This document shows, one piece after another, positions 10,374 to 20,978 of a stretch of DNA of 64,000 nt. The stretch lies in NCBI RefSeq assembly GCF_003790525.1, contig NZ_CP033635.1; one strand, written 5' to 3'. How positions within the stretch are numbered: the stretch's first letter is position 1; each line of letters begins with the position of its first letter. Source of the DNA: Escherichia coli. GTDB taxonomy: Bacteria; Pseudomonadota; Gammaproteobacteria; Enterobacterales; Enterobacteriaceae. The notes beneath the pieces are model-generated. The model did not search any database, was not told the origin of the DNA, and saw only the letters and a program-made list of their open reading frames with translations. The position numbers and the translations under genes are program-made.

Positions 10374-10826
10374 ATGCACGCAGATACCGCGACCCGCCAG
10401 CACTGGATGTCCGTACTGGCGCACAGCCAACCGACTGAGCTGGCAGCCCGCCTGAACGCGCTGAACATCACCGCCGACTATGAAGTAATCCGCGCCGCTG
10501 AAACCGGCCTGGTGCAGATTCAGGCGCGGATGGGTGGCACCGGCGAACGCTTTTTTGCTGGCGACGCCACGCTCACCCGCGCCGCCGTACGCCTGACTGA
10601 CGGCACGCTCGGCTACAGCTGGGTGCTGGGGCGCGACAAACAGCACGCCGAACGCTGCGCGCTGATCGACGCGCTGATGCAGCAAACCCGCCATTTTCAA
10701 AACTTATCAGAAACTCTTATTGCCCCGCTGAACGCTGACCGTATGGCACGCATTGCCGCACGCCAGGCCGAAGTAAACGCCAGCCGGGTCGACTTCTTTA
10801 CGATGGTTCGCGGAGATAACGCATGA
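10374..10826 (+). CDS. phnG: C-P lyase core complex subunit PhnG
   Basis: ORF track, 150 aa; operon position. Confidence 0.93.
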   Translation: MHADTATRQHWMSVLAHSQPTELAARLNALNITADYEVIRAAETGLVQIQARMGGTGERFFAGDATLTRAAVRLTDGTLGYSWVLGRDKQHAERCALIDALMQQTRHFQNLSETLIAPLNADRMARIAARQAEVNASRVDFFTMVRGDNA

Positions 10827-11407
10827 CCCTGGAAACCGCTTTTATGCTTCCCGTGCAGGATGCCCAGCACAGTTTTCGTCGCCTGTTAAAGGCCATGAGC
10901 GAGCCGGGCGTGATTGTCGCCCTGCATCAGCTCAAACGCGGCTGGCAGCCGCTGAATATCGCCACCACCAGCGTGCTGCTGACGCTGGCCGATAACGACA
11001 CGCCGGTGTGGCTTTCTGCGCCATTAAGTAACGATATCGTCAGCCAGAGCCTGCGTTTTCATACCAACGCGCCGCTGGTCAATCAGCCGGAACTGGCGAC
11101 CTTCGCGGTAACGGATGAGGCGATTTCCAGCGAACAGCTTAACGCCCTTTCCAGCGGCACCGCTGTTGCGCCAGAAGCGGGCGCGACGCTGATTTTACAG
11201 GTCGTCAGCCTGAGCGGCGGGCGCATGCTGCGCCTTACTGGCGCGGGTATTGCCGAAGAACGAATGATCGCCCCGCAGCTGCCGGAGTGCATTCTGCACG
11301 AACTTACCGAGCGCCCGCACCCGTTCCCGCTCGGCATCGACCTGATCCTGACCTGCGGCGAGCGCCTGCTGGCTATCCCGCGAACCACTCATGTGGAGGT
11401 GTGCTGA
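10823..11407 (+). CDS. phnH: C-P lyase core complex subunit PhnH
   Basis: ORF track, 194 aa; 4-nt overlap with phnG stop. Confidence 0.93.
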   Translation: MTLETAFMLPVQDAQHSFRRLLKAMSEPGVIVALHQLKRGWQPLNIATTSVLLTLADNDTPVWLSAPLSNDIVSQSLRFHTNAPLVNQPELATFAVTDEAISSEQLNALSSGTAVAPEAGATLILQVVSLSGGRMLRLTGAGIAEERMIAPQLPECILHELTERPHPFPLGIDLILTCGERLLAIPRTTHVEVC

Positions 11408-12471
11408 TGTACGTTGCCGTGAAAGGGGGCGAGAAGGCGATCGACGCCGCCCACGCCCTGCAAGAGAGCCGACGCCGGGGCAATACCGATTTGCCTGAAC
11501 TGAGCGTCGCCCAGATTGAACAGCAGCTTAATCTTGCAGTAGATCGCGTGATGACCGAAGGCGGCATTGCCGACCGCGAACTGGCGGCGCTGGCGCTGAA
11601 ACAGGCCAGCGGCGATAACGTCGAAGCGATTTTCCTGCTACGCGCCTACCGCACCACGCTGGCGAAGCTTGCGGTGAGCGAGCCGCTCGACACCACGGAG
11701 ATGCGTCTCGAACGGCGTATTTCAGCGGTTTATAAAGATATTCCCGGCGGCCAGCTGCTTGGCCCAACCTACGACTACACCCATCGCCTGCTCGATTTCA
11801 CCCTGCTGGCAAACGGCGAAGCGCCGACGCTGACCACAGCCGACAGCGAACAACAGCCGTCGCCGCACGTTTTCAGCCTGCTGGCGCGTCAGGGGCTGGC
11901 GAAGTTTGAAGAAGATAGCGGCGCACAGCCGGACGACATCACCCGCACGCCGCCGGTTTACCCCTGCTCACGCTCCTCCCGCCTGCAACAATTAATGCGC
12001 GGCGACGAAGGCTATTTGCTGGCGCTGGCCTACTCCACCCAGCGTGGTTACGGACGCAATCATCCGTTCGCAGGCGAAATCCGCAGCGGCTATATCGACG
12101 TGTCGATTGTGCCGGAAGAGCTGGGATTTGCGGTGAACGTCGGCGAACTGCTGATGACCGAATGTGAAATGGTCAACGGTTTTATCGACCCGCCGGATGA
12201 GCCGCCGCACTTCACGCGCGGCTACGGGCTGGTGTTCGGCATGAGCGAGCGCAAAGCGATGGCGATGGCGCTGGTTGACCGCGCTCTACAAGCCCCGGAG
12301 TACGGCGAGCACGCGACAGGCCCGGCGCAGGATGAAGAGTTCGTGCTGGCGCATGCCGACAACGTCGAAGCCGCAGGCTTTGTCTCGCACCTTAAACTCC
12401 CGCACTACGTCGATTTCCAGGCCGAACTGGAGCTACTCAAACGTCTGCAACAGGAGCGGAACCATGGCTAA
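11407..12471 (+). CDS. phnI: C-P lyase core complex subunit PhnI, 354 aa
   Basis: ORF track 11287..12471 trimmed to [16 protein letters not shown] start overlapping phnH stop. Confidence 0.93.
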   Translation: MYVAVKGGEKAIDAAHALQESRRRGNTDLPELSVAQIEQQLNLAVDRVMTEGGIADRELAALALKQASGDNVEAIFLLRAYRTTLAKLAVSEPLDTTEMRLERRISAVYKDIPGGQLLGPTYDYTHRLLDFTLLANGEAPTLTTADSEQQPSPHVFSLLARQGLAKFEEDSGAQPDDITRTPPVYPCSRSSRLQQLMRGDEGYLLALAYSTQRGYGRNHPFAGEIRSGYIDVSIVPEELGFAVNVGELLMTECEMVNGFIDPPDEPPHFTRGYGLVFGMSERKAMAMALVDRALQAPEYGEHATGPAQDEEFVLAHADNVEAAGFVSHLKLPHYVDFQAELELLKRLQQERNHG

Positions 12472-13309
12472 TCTGAGCGGCTACAACTTTGCCTACCTCG
12501 ACGAGCAGACCAAACGCATGATCCGCCGCGCCATCTTAAAAGCGGTGGCGATCCCCGGTTATCAGGTGCCGTTTGGCGGGCGCGAGATGCCGATGCCGTA
12601 CGGCTGGGGAACTGGTGGTATCCAGCTTACCGCCAGCGTGATTGGCGAAAGCGACGTGTTGAAGGTGATTGACCAGGGTGCGGATGACACCACCAACGCG
12701 GTGTCGATCCGTAACTTCTTTAAGCGCGTGACCGGGGTAAACACCACTGAACGTACGGACGATGCGACGCTTATCCAGACGCGCCACCGCATCCCCGAAA
12801 CGCCGCTGACCGAAGATCAGATCATTATTTTCCAGGTGCCGATCCCCGAACCGCTGCGCTTTATCGAGCCGCGCGAAACGGAGACCCGCACCATGCACGC
12901 GCTGGAGGAGTACGGCGTGATGCAGGTGAAACTGTATGAAGATATCGCCCGCTTCGGTCATATCGCCACCACCTACGCCTATCCGGTGAAGGTAAACGGG
13001 CGCTACGTAATGGACCCGTCGCCGATCCCGAAATTCGATAACCCAAAAATGGACATGATGCCCGCCCTGCAACTGTTCGGCGCGGGGCGCGAGAAGCGCA
13101 TCTATGCGGTGCCGCCGTTTACCCGCGTGGAAAGCCTCGATTTCGACGATCACCCGTTCACCGTTCAGCAGTGGAATGAGCCATGCGCCATCTGCGGATC
13201 GACCCACAGCTATCTCGACGAAGTGGTACTGGATGACGCCGGAAACCGCATGTTTGTCTGCTCCGATACCAATTATTGCCGCCAACAGAGCGAGGCAAAA
13301 AACCAATGA
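12464..13309 (+). CDS. phnJ: Alpha-D-ribose 1-methylphosphonate 5-phosphate C-P lyase PhnJ, 281 aa
   Basis: ORF track 12275..13309 trimmed to MANLSGYNFAYLDEQ start; C-terminal Cys cluster (CAICGSTHSYLDE...CSDTNYC). Confidence 0.93.
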   Translation: MANLSGYNFAYLDEQTKRMIRRAILKAVAIPGYQVPFGGREMPMPYGWGTGGIQLTASVIGESDVLKVIDQGADDTTNAVSIRNFFKRVTGVNTTERTDDATLIQTRHRIPETPLTEDQIIIFQVPIPEPLRFIEPRETETRTMHALEEYGVMQVKLYEDIARFGHIATTYAYPVKVNGRYVMDPSPIPKFDNPKMDMMPALQLFGAGREKRIYAVPPFTRVESLDFDDHPFTVQQWNEPCAICGSTHSYLDEVVLDDAGNRMFVCSDTNYCRQQSEAKNQ

Positions 13310-14064
13310 ATCAACCGTTACTTTCGGTCAATAACCTGACCCACCTTTACGCGCCGGGCAAAGGCTTTAGCGATGTCTCTTTTGATTTATGGCCGGGGGA
13401 AGTGCTGGGCATCGTCGGGGAATCCGGCTCCGGGAAGACCACGCTGCTGAAGTCGATCTCCGCGCGCCTGACGCCGCAGCAGGGGGAGATTCGCTATGAA
13501 AACCGCTCCCTCTATGGCATGAGCGAAGCCGACCGCCGCCGTTTACTGCGCACCGAATGGGGCGTGGTACATCAGCATCCGCTCGACGGCCTGCGCCGCC
13601 AGGTATCGGCAGGCGGCAATATCGGCGAGCGGCTGATGGCGACCGGGGCGCGTCATTACGGCGACATCCGCGCCACCGCGCAGAAGTGGCTGGAAGAGGT
13701 GGAGATTCCCGCTAACCGGATCGACGACCTGCCGACCACCTTTTCCGGCGGCATGCAGCAGCGTTTGCAGATTGCCCGCAACCTGGTGACGCATCCGAAG
13801 CTGGTGTTTATGGACGAGCCAACCGGCGGGCTGGATGTGTCGGTGCAGGCGCGCCTGCTCGACCTGCTGCGCGGCCTGGTGGTGGAGCTGAACCTGGCGG
13901 TGGTGATTGTCACCCACGATTTAGGCGTCGCCCGCCTGCTGGCGGACCGTTTGCTGGTGATGAAGCAGGGGCAGGTGGTGGAGAGTGGGTTAACCGACCG
14001 CGTGCTCGACGACCCGCATCATCCGTATACCCAGCTGCTGGTGTCATCGGTTTTGCAGAATTGA
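13306..14064 (+). CDS. phnK: C-P lyase accessory ABC-type ATPase PhnK, 252 aa
   Basis: ORF track 13276..14064 trimmed to [11 protein letters not shown] start; Walker [10 protein letters not shown]. Confidence 0.93.
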   Translation: MNQPLLSVNNLTHLYAPGKGFSDVSFDLWPGEVLGIVGESGSGKTTLLKSISARLTPQQGEIRYENRSLYGMSEADRRRLLRTEWGVVHQHPLDGLRRQVSAGGNIGERLMATGARHYGDIRATAQKWLEEVEIPANRIDDLPTTFSGGMQQRLQIARNLVTHPKLVFMDEPTGGLDVSVQARLLDLLRGLVVELNLAVVIVTHDLGVARLLADRLLVMKQGQVVESGLTDRVLDDPHHPYTQLLVSSVLQN

Positions 14065-14065
14065 G

Positions 14066-14158
14066 CCGGTGCCGGATGCGGCGTAAACGCCTTATCTGGC
14101 CTACAAATGCGCTCCCCGTAGGTCGGATAAGACGCGTCAGCGTCGCATCCGACACCCG
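14066..14158. repeat. REP cluster inside the phn operon, between phnK and phnL
   Basis: GCCGGATGCGGCGTAAACGCCTTATC... and GGTCGGATAAGACGCGTCAGCGTCGCATCCGAC units. Confidence 0.6.
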
Positions 14159-14174
14159 AACCACGAGGCGAAAA

Positions 14175-14855
14175 ATGATTAACGTACAAAACGTCAGTAA
14201 AACCTTCATCCTGCATCAGCAAAACGGCGTACGCCTGCCCGTCTTACAACGTGCCTCGCTCACCGTCAACGCAGGCGAATGCGTGGTGCTCCACGGTCAC
14301 TCCGGCAGCGGCAAATCAACCCTGCTGCGCTCGCTGTACGCCAACTATCTACCCGACGAAGGTCAAATCCAGATCAAACACGGTGACGAGTGGGTAGACC
14401 TGGTCACCGCGCCAGCGCGCAAAGTGGTGGAAATCCGCAAAACCACCGTCGGCTGGGTGAGCCAGTTTCTGCGCGTCATCCCGCGTATCTCAGCACTGGA
14501 AGTGGTGATGCAGCCGCTGCTCGATACCGGCGTTCCGCGTGAAGCCTGCGCCGCTAAAGCCGCGCGTCTTCTCACCCGCCTGAACGTGCCGGAACGCCTG
14601 TGGCACCTGGCACCATCGACATTTTCCGGTGGCGAACAGCAGCGCGTCAACATCGCCCGCGGCTTTATCGTCGACTACCCCATTCTGCTGCTTGACGAAC
14701 CTACCGCCTCGCTGGACGCCAAAAACAGCGCCGCGGTGGTGGAACTGATTCGCGAAGCCAAAACCCGTGGCGCAGCCATCGTAGGCATCTTCCATGACGA
14801 AGCTGTACGTAATGACGTCGCCGACCGCCTGCACCCAATGGGAGCCTCTTCATGA
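14175..14855 (+). CDS. phnL: C-P lyase accessory ABC-type ATPase PhnL, 226 aa
   Basis: ORF track 14061..14855 trimmed to [11 protein letters not shown] start; Walker [10 protein letters not shown]. Confidence 0.93.
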   Translation: MINVQNVSKTFILHQQNGVRLPVLQRASLTVNAGECVVLHGHSGSGKSTLLRSLYANYLPDEGQIQIKHGDEWVDLVTAPARKVVEIRKTTVGWVSQFLRVIPRISALEVVMQPLLDTGVPREACAAKAARLLTRLNVPERLWHLAPSTFSGGEQQRVNIARGFIVDYPILLLDEPTASLDAKNSAAVVELIREAKTRGAAIVGIFHDEAVRNDVADRLHPMGASS

Positions 14856-15988
14856 TTATCAATAACGTTAAGCTGGTGCTGGAAAACGAGGTGGTGCACG
14901 GTTCGCTGGAGGTGCAGGATGGCGAAATCCGCGCCTTTGCCGAAAGCCAGAGCCGCCTGCCAGAAGCGATGGATGGCGAAGGCGGCTGGCTGCTGCCGGG
15001 GCTGATTGAGCTGCATACCGATAATCTGGATAAATTCTTCACCCCGCGCCCGAAGGTTGACTGGCCCGCCCACTCGGCGATGAGTAGCCACGACGCGCTG
15101 ATGGTGGCGAGCGGCATCACCACCGTGCTGGACGCGGTGGCGATTGGCGACGTGCGCGACGGCGGCGATCGGCTGGAGAATCTGGAGAAGATGATCAACG
15201 CCATCGAAGAGACGCAGAAACGCGGCGTCAACCGCGCCGAGCACCGTCTGCATCTGCGCTGCGAACTGCCGCATCACACCACGCTGCCGCTGTTTGAAAA
15301 ACTGGTGCAGCGCGAACCGGTGACGCTGGTGTCGCTGATGGATCACTCGCCGGGCCAGCGCCAGTTCGCCAATCGCGAGAAGTATCGCGAATATTATCAG
15401 GGCAAATATTCCCTCACCGATGCGCAGATGCAGCAGTACGAAGAGGAACAGCTGGCGCTTGCCGCACGCTGGTCACAGCCTAATCGCGAAACTATCGCCG
15501 CAATGTGCCGCGCGCGACACATTGCCCTCGCCAGCCACGATGACGCCACGCACGCCCACGTTGCCGAATCCCACCAGCTTGGCAGCGTGATCGCCGAATT
15601 TCCCACCACGTTCGAAGCGGCAGAAGCCTCGCGCAAGCATGGCATGAACGTGCTGATGGGCGCGCCGAATATCGTGCGCGGCGGTTCGCACTCCGGCAAC
15701 GTGGCGGCCAGTGAACTGGCGCAGCTTGGCCTGCTGGATATCCTCTCTTCCGACTACTACCCCGCCAGCCTGCTCGATGCGGCATTTCGCGTCGCCGATG
15801 ACGAGAGCAACCGCTTTACGCTGCCGCAGGCGGTGAAGCTGGTGACTAAAAATCCGGCGCAGGCGCTTAATCTTCAGGATCGCGGGGTGATTGGCGAGGG
15901 CAAACGCGCCGACCTGGTGCTGGCGCATCGCAAGGGCAACCACATTCATATCGACCACGTCTGGCGTCAGGGTAAAAGGGTGTTCTGA
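14852..15988 (+). CDS. phnM: RPnTP diphosphatase PhnM (amidohydrolase fold), 378 aa
   Basis: ORF track; 4-nt overlap with phnL stop. Confidence 0.93.
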   Translation: MIINNVKLVLENEVVHGSLEVQDGEIRAFAESQSRLPEAMDGEGGWLLPGLIELHTDNLDKFFTPRPKVDWPAHSAMSSHDALMVASGITTVLDAVAIGDVRDGGDRLENLEKMINAIEETQKRGVNRAEHRLHLRCELPHHTTLPLFEKLVQREPVTLVSLMDHSPGQRQFANREKYREYYQGKYSLTDAQMQQYEEEQLALAARWSQPNRETIAAMCRARHIALASHDDATHAHVAESHQLGSVIAEFPTTFEAAEASRKHGMNVLMGAPNIVRGGSHSGNVAASELAQLGLLDILSSDYYPASLLDAAFRVADDESNRFTLPQAVKLVTKNPAQALNLQDRGVIGEGKRADLVLAHRKGNHIHIDHVWRQGKRVF

Positions 15989-16545
15989 TGACGGGAAAAC
16001 TGATTTGGTTAATGGGGGCCTCTGGCTCCGGAAAAGACAGTCTGTTGACGGAACTCCGCCAGCGGGAACAAACTCAGCTACTGGTAGCGCATCGCTACAT
16101 CACGCGCGCCGCCAGCGCCGGAAGTGAAAACCATATCGCCCTGAGCGAGCAGGAGTTTTTTACCCGCGCGGGGCAGAACCTTCTGGCCTTAAGCTGGCAC
16201 GCTAACGGTCTGTATTATGGCGTCGGCGTCGAGATTGACCTCTGGCTGCACGCTGGATTTGACGTGGTGGTCAACGGCTCACGCGCCCATCTGCCGCAGG
16301 CGCGGGCGCGCTATCAATCGGCGCTGCTGCCCGTTTGTTTACAGGTTTCGCCAGAGATCCTGCGCCAGCGCCTGGAAAACCGTGGTCGTGAAAATGCCAG
16401 TGAAATTAACGCCCGGCTGGCGCGCGCTGCCCGCTATACTCCTCAGGATTGTCTTACGCTCAATAATGACGGCAGCCTGCGCCAGTCGGTCGACAAGCTG
16501 CTGACGCTGATTCATCAGAAGGAGAAACACCATGCCTGCTTGTGA
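15988..16545 (+). CDS. phnN: Ribose 1,5-bisphosphate phosphokinase PhnN, 185 aa
   Basis: ORF track; P-loop GASGSGKDS. Confidence 0.93.
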
Positions 16546-16966
16546 GCTTCGCCCGGCTACGCAGTACGACACCGACGCAGTTTACGCGCTGATTTGTGAG
16601 CTAAAACAGGCGGAGTTTGACCACCACGCGTTTCGCGTGGGGTTTAACGCCAATCTGCGCGATCCGAACATGCGCTACCATCTGGCGCTGCTGGATGGCG
16701 AAGTTGTCGGCATGATCGGCCTGCATTTGCAGTTTCATCTGCATCATGTCAACTGGATCGGCGAAATTCAGGAACTGGTGGTGATGCCGCAGGCGCGCGG
16801 TCTGAATGTCGGCAGCAAATTACTGGCATGGGCAGAAGAAGAAGCCCGCCAGGCCGGGGCCGAAATGACTGAGCTTTCCACCAACGTGAAGCGCCACGAC
16901 GCGCACCGTTTCTATCTGCGCGAAGGCTACGAGCAGAGCCACTTCCGCTTCACCAAGGCGCTGTAA
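16532..16966 (+). CDS. phnO: Aminoalkylphosphonate N-acetyltransferase PhnO (GNAT), 144 aa
   Basis: ORF track; GNAT fold; overlaps phnN 3' end. Confidence 0.93.
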
Positions 16967-16967
16967 C

Positions 16968-17726
16968 ATGAGCCTGACCCTCACGCTCACCGGCACCGGC
17001 GGCGCACAGGGCGTTCCGGCATGGGGCTGCGAGTGCGCGGCCTGCGCCAGAGCACGACGCTCGCCGCAGTATCGCCGCCAGCCATGCAGCGGCGTAGTAA
17101 AGTTTAACGACGCAATCACCCTGATCGACGCCGGGCTGCACGATCTCGCCGATCGCTGGTCGCCAGGATCGTTCCAGCAGTTTTTGCTGACGCATTATCA
17201 TATGGATCACGTCCAGGGGCTGTTTCCGCTGCGCTGGGGCGTGGGCGATCAGATCCCGGTCTACGGCCCGCCGGATGAACAGGGCTGCGACGATCTGTTT
17301 AAACATCCGGGCCTGCTTGATTTCAGCCACACGATGGAACCGTTTGTGGTGTTTGATTTACAAGGGTTACAGGTCACGCCCCTGCCGCTCAACCACTCAA
17401 AACTGACCTTCGGTTATCTGCTGGAAACGGCACACAGCCGGGTGGCGTGGCTGTCTGACACCGCTGGCTTGCCGGAAAAAACGCTGAAATTTTTACGCAA
17501 TAATCAGCCGCAGGTAATGGTGATTGATTGCAGCCACCCGCCGCGCGAGGATGCACCGCGTAATCACTGTGATTTAAATACCGTGCTTGCGCTGAATCAG
17601 GTTATCCGCTCGCCACGGGTGATTCTGACCCATATCAACCACCAGTTTGATGCGTGGCTGATGGAAAACGCACTGCCGTCGGGGTTTGAGGCGGGGTTTG
17701 ATGGGATGGAGATTGGGGTGGCGTGA
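16968..17726 (+). CDS. phnP: Phosphoribosyl 1,2-cyclic phosphate phosphodiesterase PhnP (MBL fold), 252 aa
   Basis: ORF track; metallo-beta-lactamase motif HYHMDH; last gene of phn operon. Confidence 0.93.
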   Translation: MSLTLTLTGTGGAQGVPAWGCECAACARARRSPQYRRQPCSGVVKFNDAITLIDAGLHDLADRWSPGSFQQFLLTHYHMDHVQGLFPLRWGVGDQIPVYGPPDEQGCDDLFKHPGLLDFSHTMEPFVVFDLQGLQVTPLPLNHSKLTFGYLLETAHSRVAWLSDTAGLPEKTLKFLRNNQPQVMVIDCSHPPREDAPRNHCDLNTVLALNQVIRSPRVILTHINHQFDAWLMENALPSGFEAGFDGMEIGVA

Positions 17727-17760
17727 TGGGTGAGGGGCGATGCCTGCTCTAAACTCAACA

Positions 17761-18090
17761 TCAACGCCCATACTCATCTTCCATTCTCCGCTCTTCATCT
17801 TCTAGCTGCCGACGCTCCTGATCCAGCTGGCGCTGGCGATCGTCCAGCTGCCTGCGGCGATCTTCAAACTGGCGGCGGCGATCGTCATATTGTCTGCGCC
17901 GATCGTCGTTCACTTCACGCTGCCAGCCGTCGTCGCGCGAATCTTCATAGTCTCGCCCACGGTCAGGGTTATAAGCGGCGTTAATCGCCTGCTGAATATT
18001 GCCAATGGTGTCATCGATAATATCGGCCTGGGCCGGAACGGTGGACAGCGTGAACAGGGTGAATAAAAGAAATAGCGGAAAGCGTTTCAT
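17761..18090 (-). CDS. yjdP: Secreted charged repeat protein YjdP, 109 aa
   Basis: ORF track; signal peptide MKRFPLFLLFTLFTLSTVPAQA; Arg/Gln/Asp/Glu-rich repeats (RRRQYDD, RRRQFED, RRRQLDD). Confidence 0.85.
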   Translation of the reverse strand: MKRFPLFLLFTLFTLSTVPAQADIIDDTIGNIQQAINAAYNPDRGRDYEDSRDDGWQREVNDDRRRQYDDRRRQFEDRRRQLDDRQRQLDQERRQLEDEERRMEDEYGR

Positions 18091-18158
18091 TAGCCAACCT
18101 CAAAAAGAAACTCTATCCACATTAGTCATTACTCATCCATGCAAGTAGTGGATGAATC

Positions 18159-18608
18159 TCAATTTCTCCGCTGCTCTATTGCCGTAATCGCCTCCACGCG
18201 TTGTTGATGACGACCGCCTTCGTACTGTGCGCCCAGCCACGCATCGACAATCATTTTTGCCAGTTCGAGGCCAACCACTCGTGAACCAAAAGCCAGCACG
18301 TTGGTATCGTTATGCTGCCGCGAAAGTTGCGCGGAATAAGGTTCGCTACAAACGACGGCGCGAATTCCGGCAAACTTGTTCGCCGCTATCGAAATACCGA
18401 CGCCAGTGCCACAAATCAAAATCCCGCCATCAGCCTCTCCGCCAGCAACGACCAGTGCGACTTGACTGGCGTAATGCGGATAATCAGTACGCTCTGACGA
18501 CCAGGTTCCTTTATCAATCACTTCAACGCCACGCTCAACTAAATGTGCCACTATTTCATGTTTTAAAATGAAACCGACATGATCACAGCCAAATGCAATC
18601 TTTTTCAT
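18159..18608 (-). CDS. rpiB: Ribose-5-phosphate / allose-6-phosphate isomerase B
   Basis: ORF track, 149 aa; RpiB/LacAB family; divergent from rpiR-als operon. Confidence 0.95.
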   Translation of the reverse strand: MKKIAFGCDHVGFILKHEIVAHLVERGVEVIDKGTWSSERTDYPHYASQVALVVAGGEADGGILICGTGVGISIAANKFAGIRAVVCSEPYSAQLSRQHNDTNVLAFGSRVVGLELAKMIVDAWLGAQYEGGRHQQRVEAITAIEQRRN

Positions 18609-18966
18609 TCATCTTCCCCGCCCGCGCAAAACTTCACAATCAAAAAACATTTGTGATGTAAATGAATTAAAAACACCCAAAATCGATGAAACCCGCCTTC
18701 CCTATCTGTTTTACAGAGTTACATCTGGCAGCGCAATAGCGTTAAAGACACTCACTATCCAGCAACATCTATCATCCAATAAACCAGAAAAACAAATAAC
18801 ATCATGTTTTTAAAGTGATTAAATGAAATGAAATTTTAAGCCACTCTCCATTATTCACAACAAAACAAACTTTATAAATTTTATTTTTTTGTGAAGTTGC
18901 CAGCATCTTTTCTGTTCTTGCTGTGGTGATATAGTGGCGTCTTCAATTCAAGGACAAGAGAACGTG

Positions 18967-19857
18967 ATGAGCCAGTCAGAGTTTGATTCAGCGCTTCCGA
19001 ACGGTATCGGGTTAGCGCCTTACCTGCGAATGAAGCAGGAAGGAATGACAGAAAACGAAAGCCGCATCGTGGAGTGGTTACTCAAACCCGGTAACCTGAG
19101 TTGTGCACCCGCAATTAAAGATGTCGCAGAAGCTCTGGCGGTATCTGAAGCGATGATCGTTAAGGTATCAAAGCTGCTGGGGTTTAGCGGCTTTCGTAAC
19201 TTACGCAGTGCGCTGGAAGATTATTTTTCTCAGTCAGAACAAGTATTGCCTTCCGAGTTGGCTTTTGATGAAGCGCCGCAGGATGTGGTGAATAAGGTAT
19301 TTAACATCACTTTACGCACCATTATGGAAGGTCAGTCGATCGTCAACGTTGATGAGATCCACCGTGCCGCCCGCTTTTTCTATCAGGCCAGACAGCGGGA
19401 TTTGTACGGTGCCGGAGGATCAAATGCTATCTGTGCTGATGTACAGCACAAGTTTTTACGCATTGGCGTACGCTGCCAGGCCTATCCGGACGCTCACATC
19501 ATGATGATGTCTGCTTCGTTGTTACAGGAAGGAGATGTGGTGCTGGTGGTGACCCATTCCGGGCGAACCAGTGATGTAAAAGCGGCTGTAGAACTGGCAA
19601 AAAAGAACGGGGCAAAGATTATTTGTATAACGCATAGCTACCATTCACCGATAGCGAAGCTGGCCGATTATATTATTTGCTCACCGGCCCCGGAAACACC
19701 GTTATTAGGTCGTAATGCCTCGGCAAGAATATTACAACTAACTTTGCTGGACGCGTTTTTTGTCTCTGTCGCCCAGCTCAACATTGAACAAGCTAATATT
19801 AATATGCAAAAAACCGGCGCAATTGTTGATTTCTTCTCACCAGGCGCGCTGAAATAA
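18967..19857 (+). CDS. rpiR: RpiR-family transcriptional repressor RpiR/AlsR, 296 aa
   Basis: ORF track 18934..19857 trimmed to MSQSEFDSALPNG start; N-terminal HTH plus SIS domain. Confidence 0.9.
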   Translation: MSQSEFDSALPNGIGLAPYLRMKQEGMTENESRIVEWLLKPGNLSCAPAIKDVAEALAVSEAMIVKVSKLLGFSGFRNLRSALEDYFSQSEQVLPSELAFDEAPQDVVNKVFNITLRTIMEGQSIVNVDEIHRAARFFYQARQRDLYGAGGSNAICADVQHKFLRIGVRCQAYPDAHIMMMSASLLQEGDVVLVVTHSGRTSDVKAAVELAKKNGAKIICITHSYHSPIAKLADYIICSPAPETPLLGRNASARILQLTLLDAFFVSVAQLNIEQANINMQKTGAIVDFFSPGALK

Positions 19858-19915
19858 GAAAAAGGTAATTCCGCCATCGCGGAGTTACCTCTCCCCTTAC
19901 CGTGAGAACATGATT

Positions 19916-20851
19916 ATGAATAAATATCTGAAATATTTCAGTGGCACACTCGTGGGCTTAATGTTGTCAACCAGCGCTTTTGCTGCCGCCGAATATGCTG
20001 TCGTATTGAAAACACTCTCCAACCCATTTTGGGTAGATATGAAAAAAGGCATTGAAGATGAAGCAAAAACGCTGGGCGTCAGCGTTGATATTTTTGCCTC
20101 TCCTTCAGAAGGCGATTTTCAATCTCAATTGCAGTTATTTGAAGATCTCAGTAATAAAAATTACAAAGGTATCGCCTTCGCGCCATTATCCTCAGTAAAT
20201 CTGGTCATGCCTGTCGCCCGCGCATGGAAAAAAGGCATTTATCTGGTCAATCTCGATGAAAAAATCGACATGGATAATCTGAAAAAAGCTGGCGGTAATG
20301 TGGAAGGTTTTGTCACCACCGATAATGTTGCCGTCGGGGCGAAAGGCGCGTCATTCATTATTGACAAGCTGGGTGCCGAAGGGGGTGAAGTCGCAATCAT
20401 TGAGGGTAAAGCCGGTAACGCCTCCGGTGAAGCGCGTCGTAATGGTGCCACCGAAGCCTTCAAAAAAGCAAGCCAGATCAAGCTTGTCGCCAGCCAGCCT
20501 GCCGACTGGGACCGTATTAAAGCACTGGATGTCGCCACTAACGTGTTGCAACGTAATCCGAATATTAAAGCGATCTATTGCGCGAATGACACGATGGCAA
20601 TGGGTGTTGCTCAGGCAGTCGCAAACGCCGGAAAAACGGGCAAAGTGTTGGTCGTCGGTACTGACGGCATTCCGGAAGCCCGCAAAATGGTGGAAACCGG
20701 ACAAATGACCGCGACGGTTGCCCAGAACCCGGCGGATATCGGTGCAACGGGTCTGAAGCTGATGGTTGACGCTGAGAAATCCGGCAAGGTTATCCCGCTG
20801 GATAAAGCACCGGAATTTAAACTGGTCGATTCAATCCTGGTCACTCAATAA
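19916..20851 (+). CDS. alsB: D-allose ABC transporter periplasmic binding protein AlsB, 311 aa
   Basis: ORF track 19910..20851 trimmed to MNKYLKYFSG start; signal peptide. Confidence 0.93.
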   Translation: MNKYLKYFSGTLVGLMLSTSAFAAAEYAVVLKTLSNPFWVDMKKGIEDEAKTLGVSVDIFASPSEGDFQSQLQLFEDLSNKNYKGIAFAPLSSVNLVMPVARAWKKGIYLVNLDEKIDMDNLKKAGGNVEGFVTTDNVAVGAKGASFIIDKLGAEGGEVAIIEGKAGNASGEARRNGATEAFKKASQIKLVASQPADWDRIKALDVATNVLQRNPNIKAIYCANDTMAMGVAQAVANAGKTGKVLVVGTDGIPEARKMVETGQMTATVAQNPADIGATGLKLMVDAEKSGKVIPLDKAPEFKLVDSILVTQ

Positions 20852-20857
20852 AACTGA

Positions 20858-20948
20858 ATGATGCCGGATGGTGATGCTAATGAAGTGTCTTATCCGGCCA
20901 ACAAAATAACCTGAACGTAGACCTGATAAACGTAGCCCATCAGGCAAT
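20858..20948. repeat. REP cluster between alsB and alsA
   Basis: GATGCCGGATGG...CTTATCCGGCC and GACCTGATAAACGTAGCCCATCAGGC units. Confidence 0.6.
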
Positions 20949-20978
20949 AATACGATATTTCGTGCAGAGAGGTTATTT

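Noticed and set aside
12536-13306. 256-aa ORF antisense to phnJ
   Set aside because: Shadow ORF within the tightly coupled phn operon.
6954-17726. phn cluster as a novel biological system
   Set aside because: It is the well-known 14-gene C-P lyase phosphonate utilisation operon; only the phnE allele state is notable.
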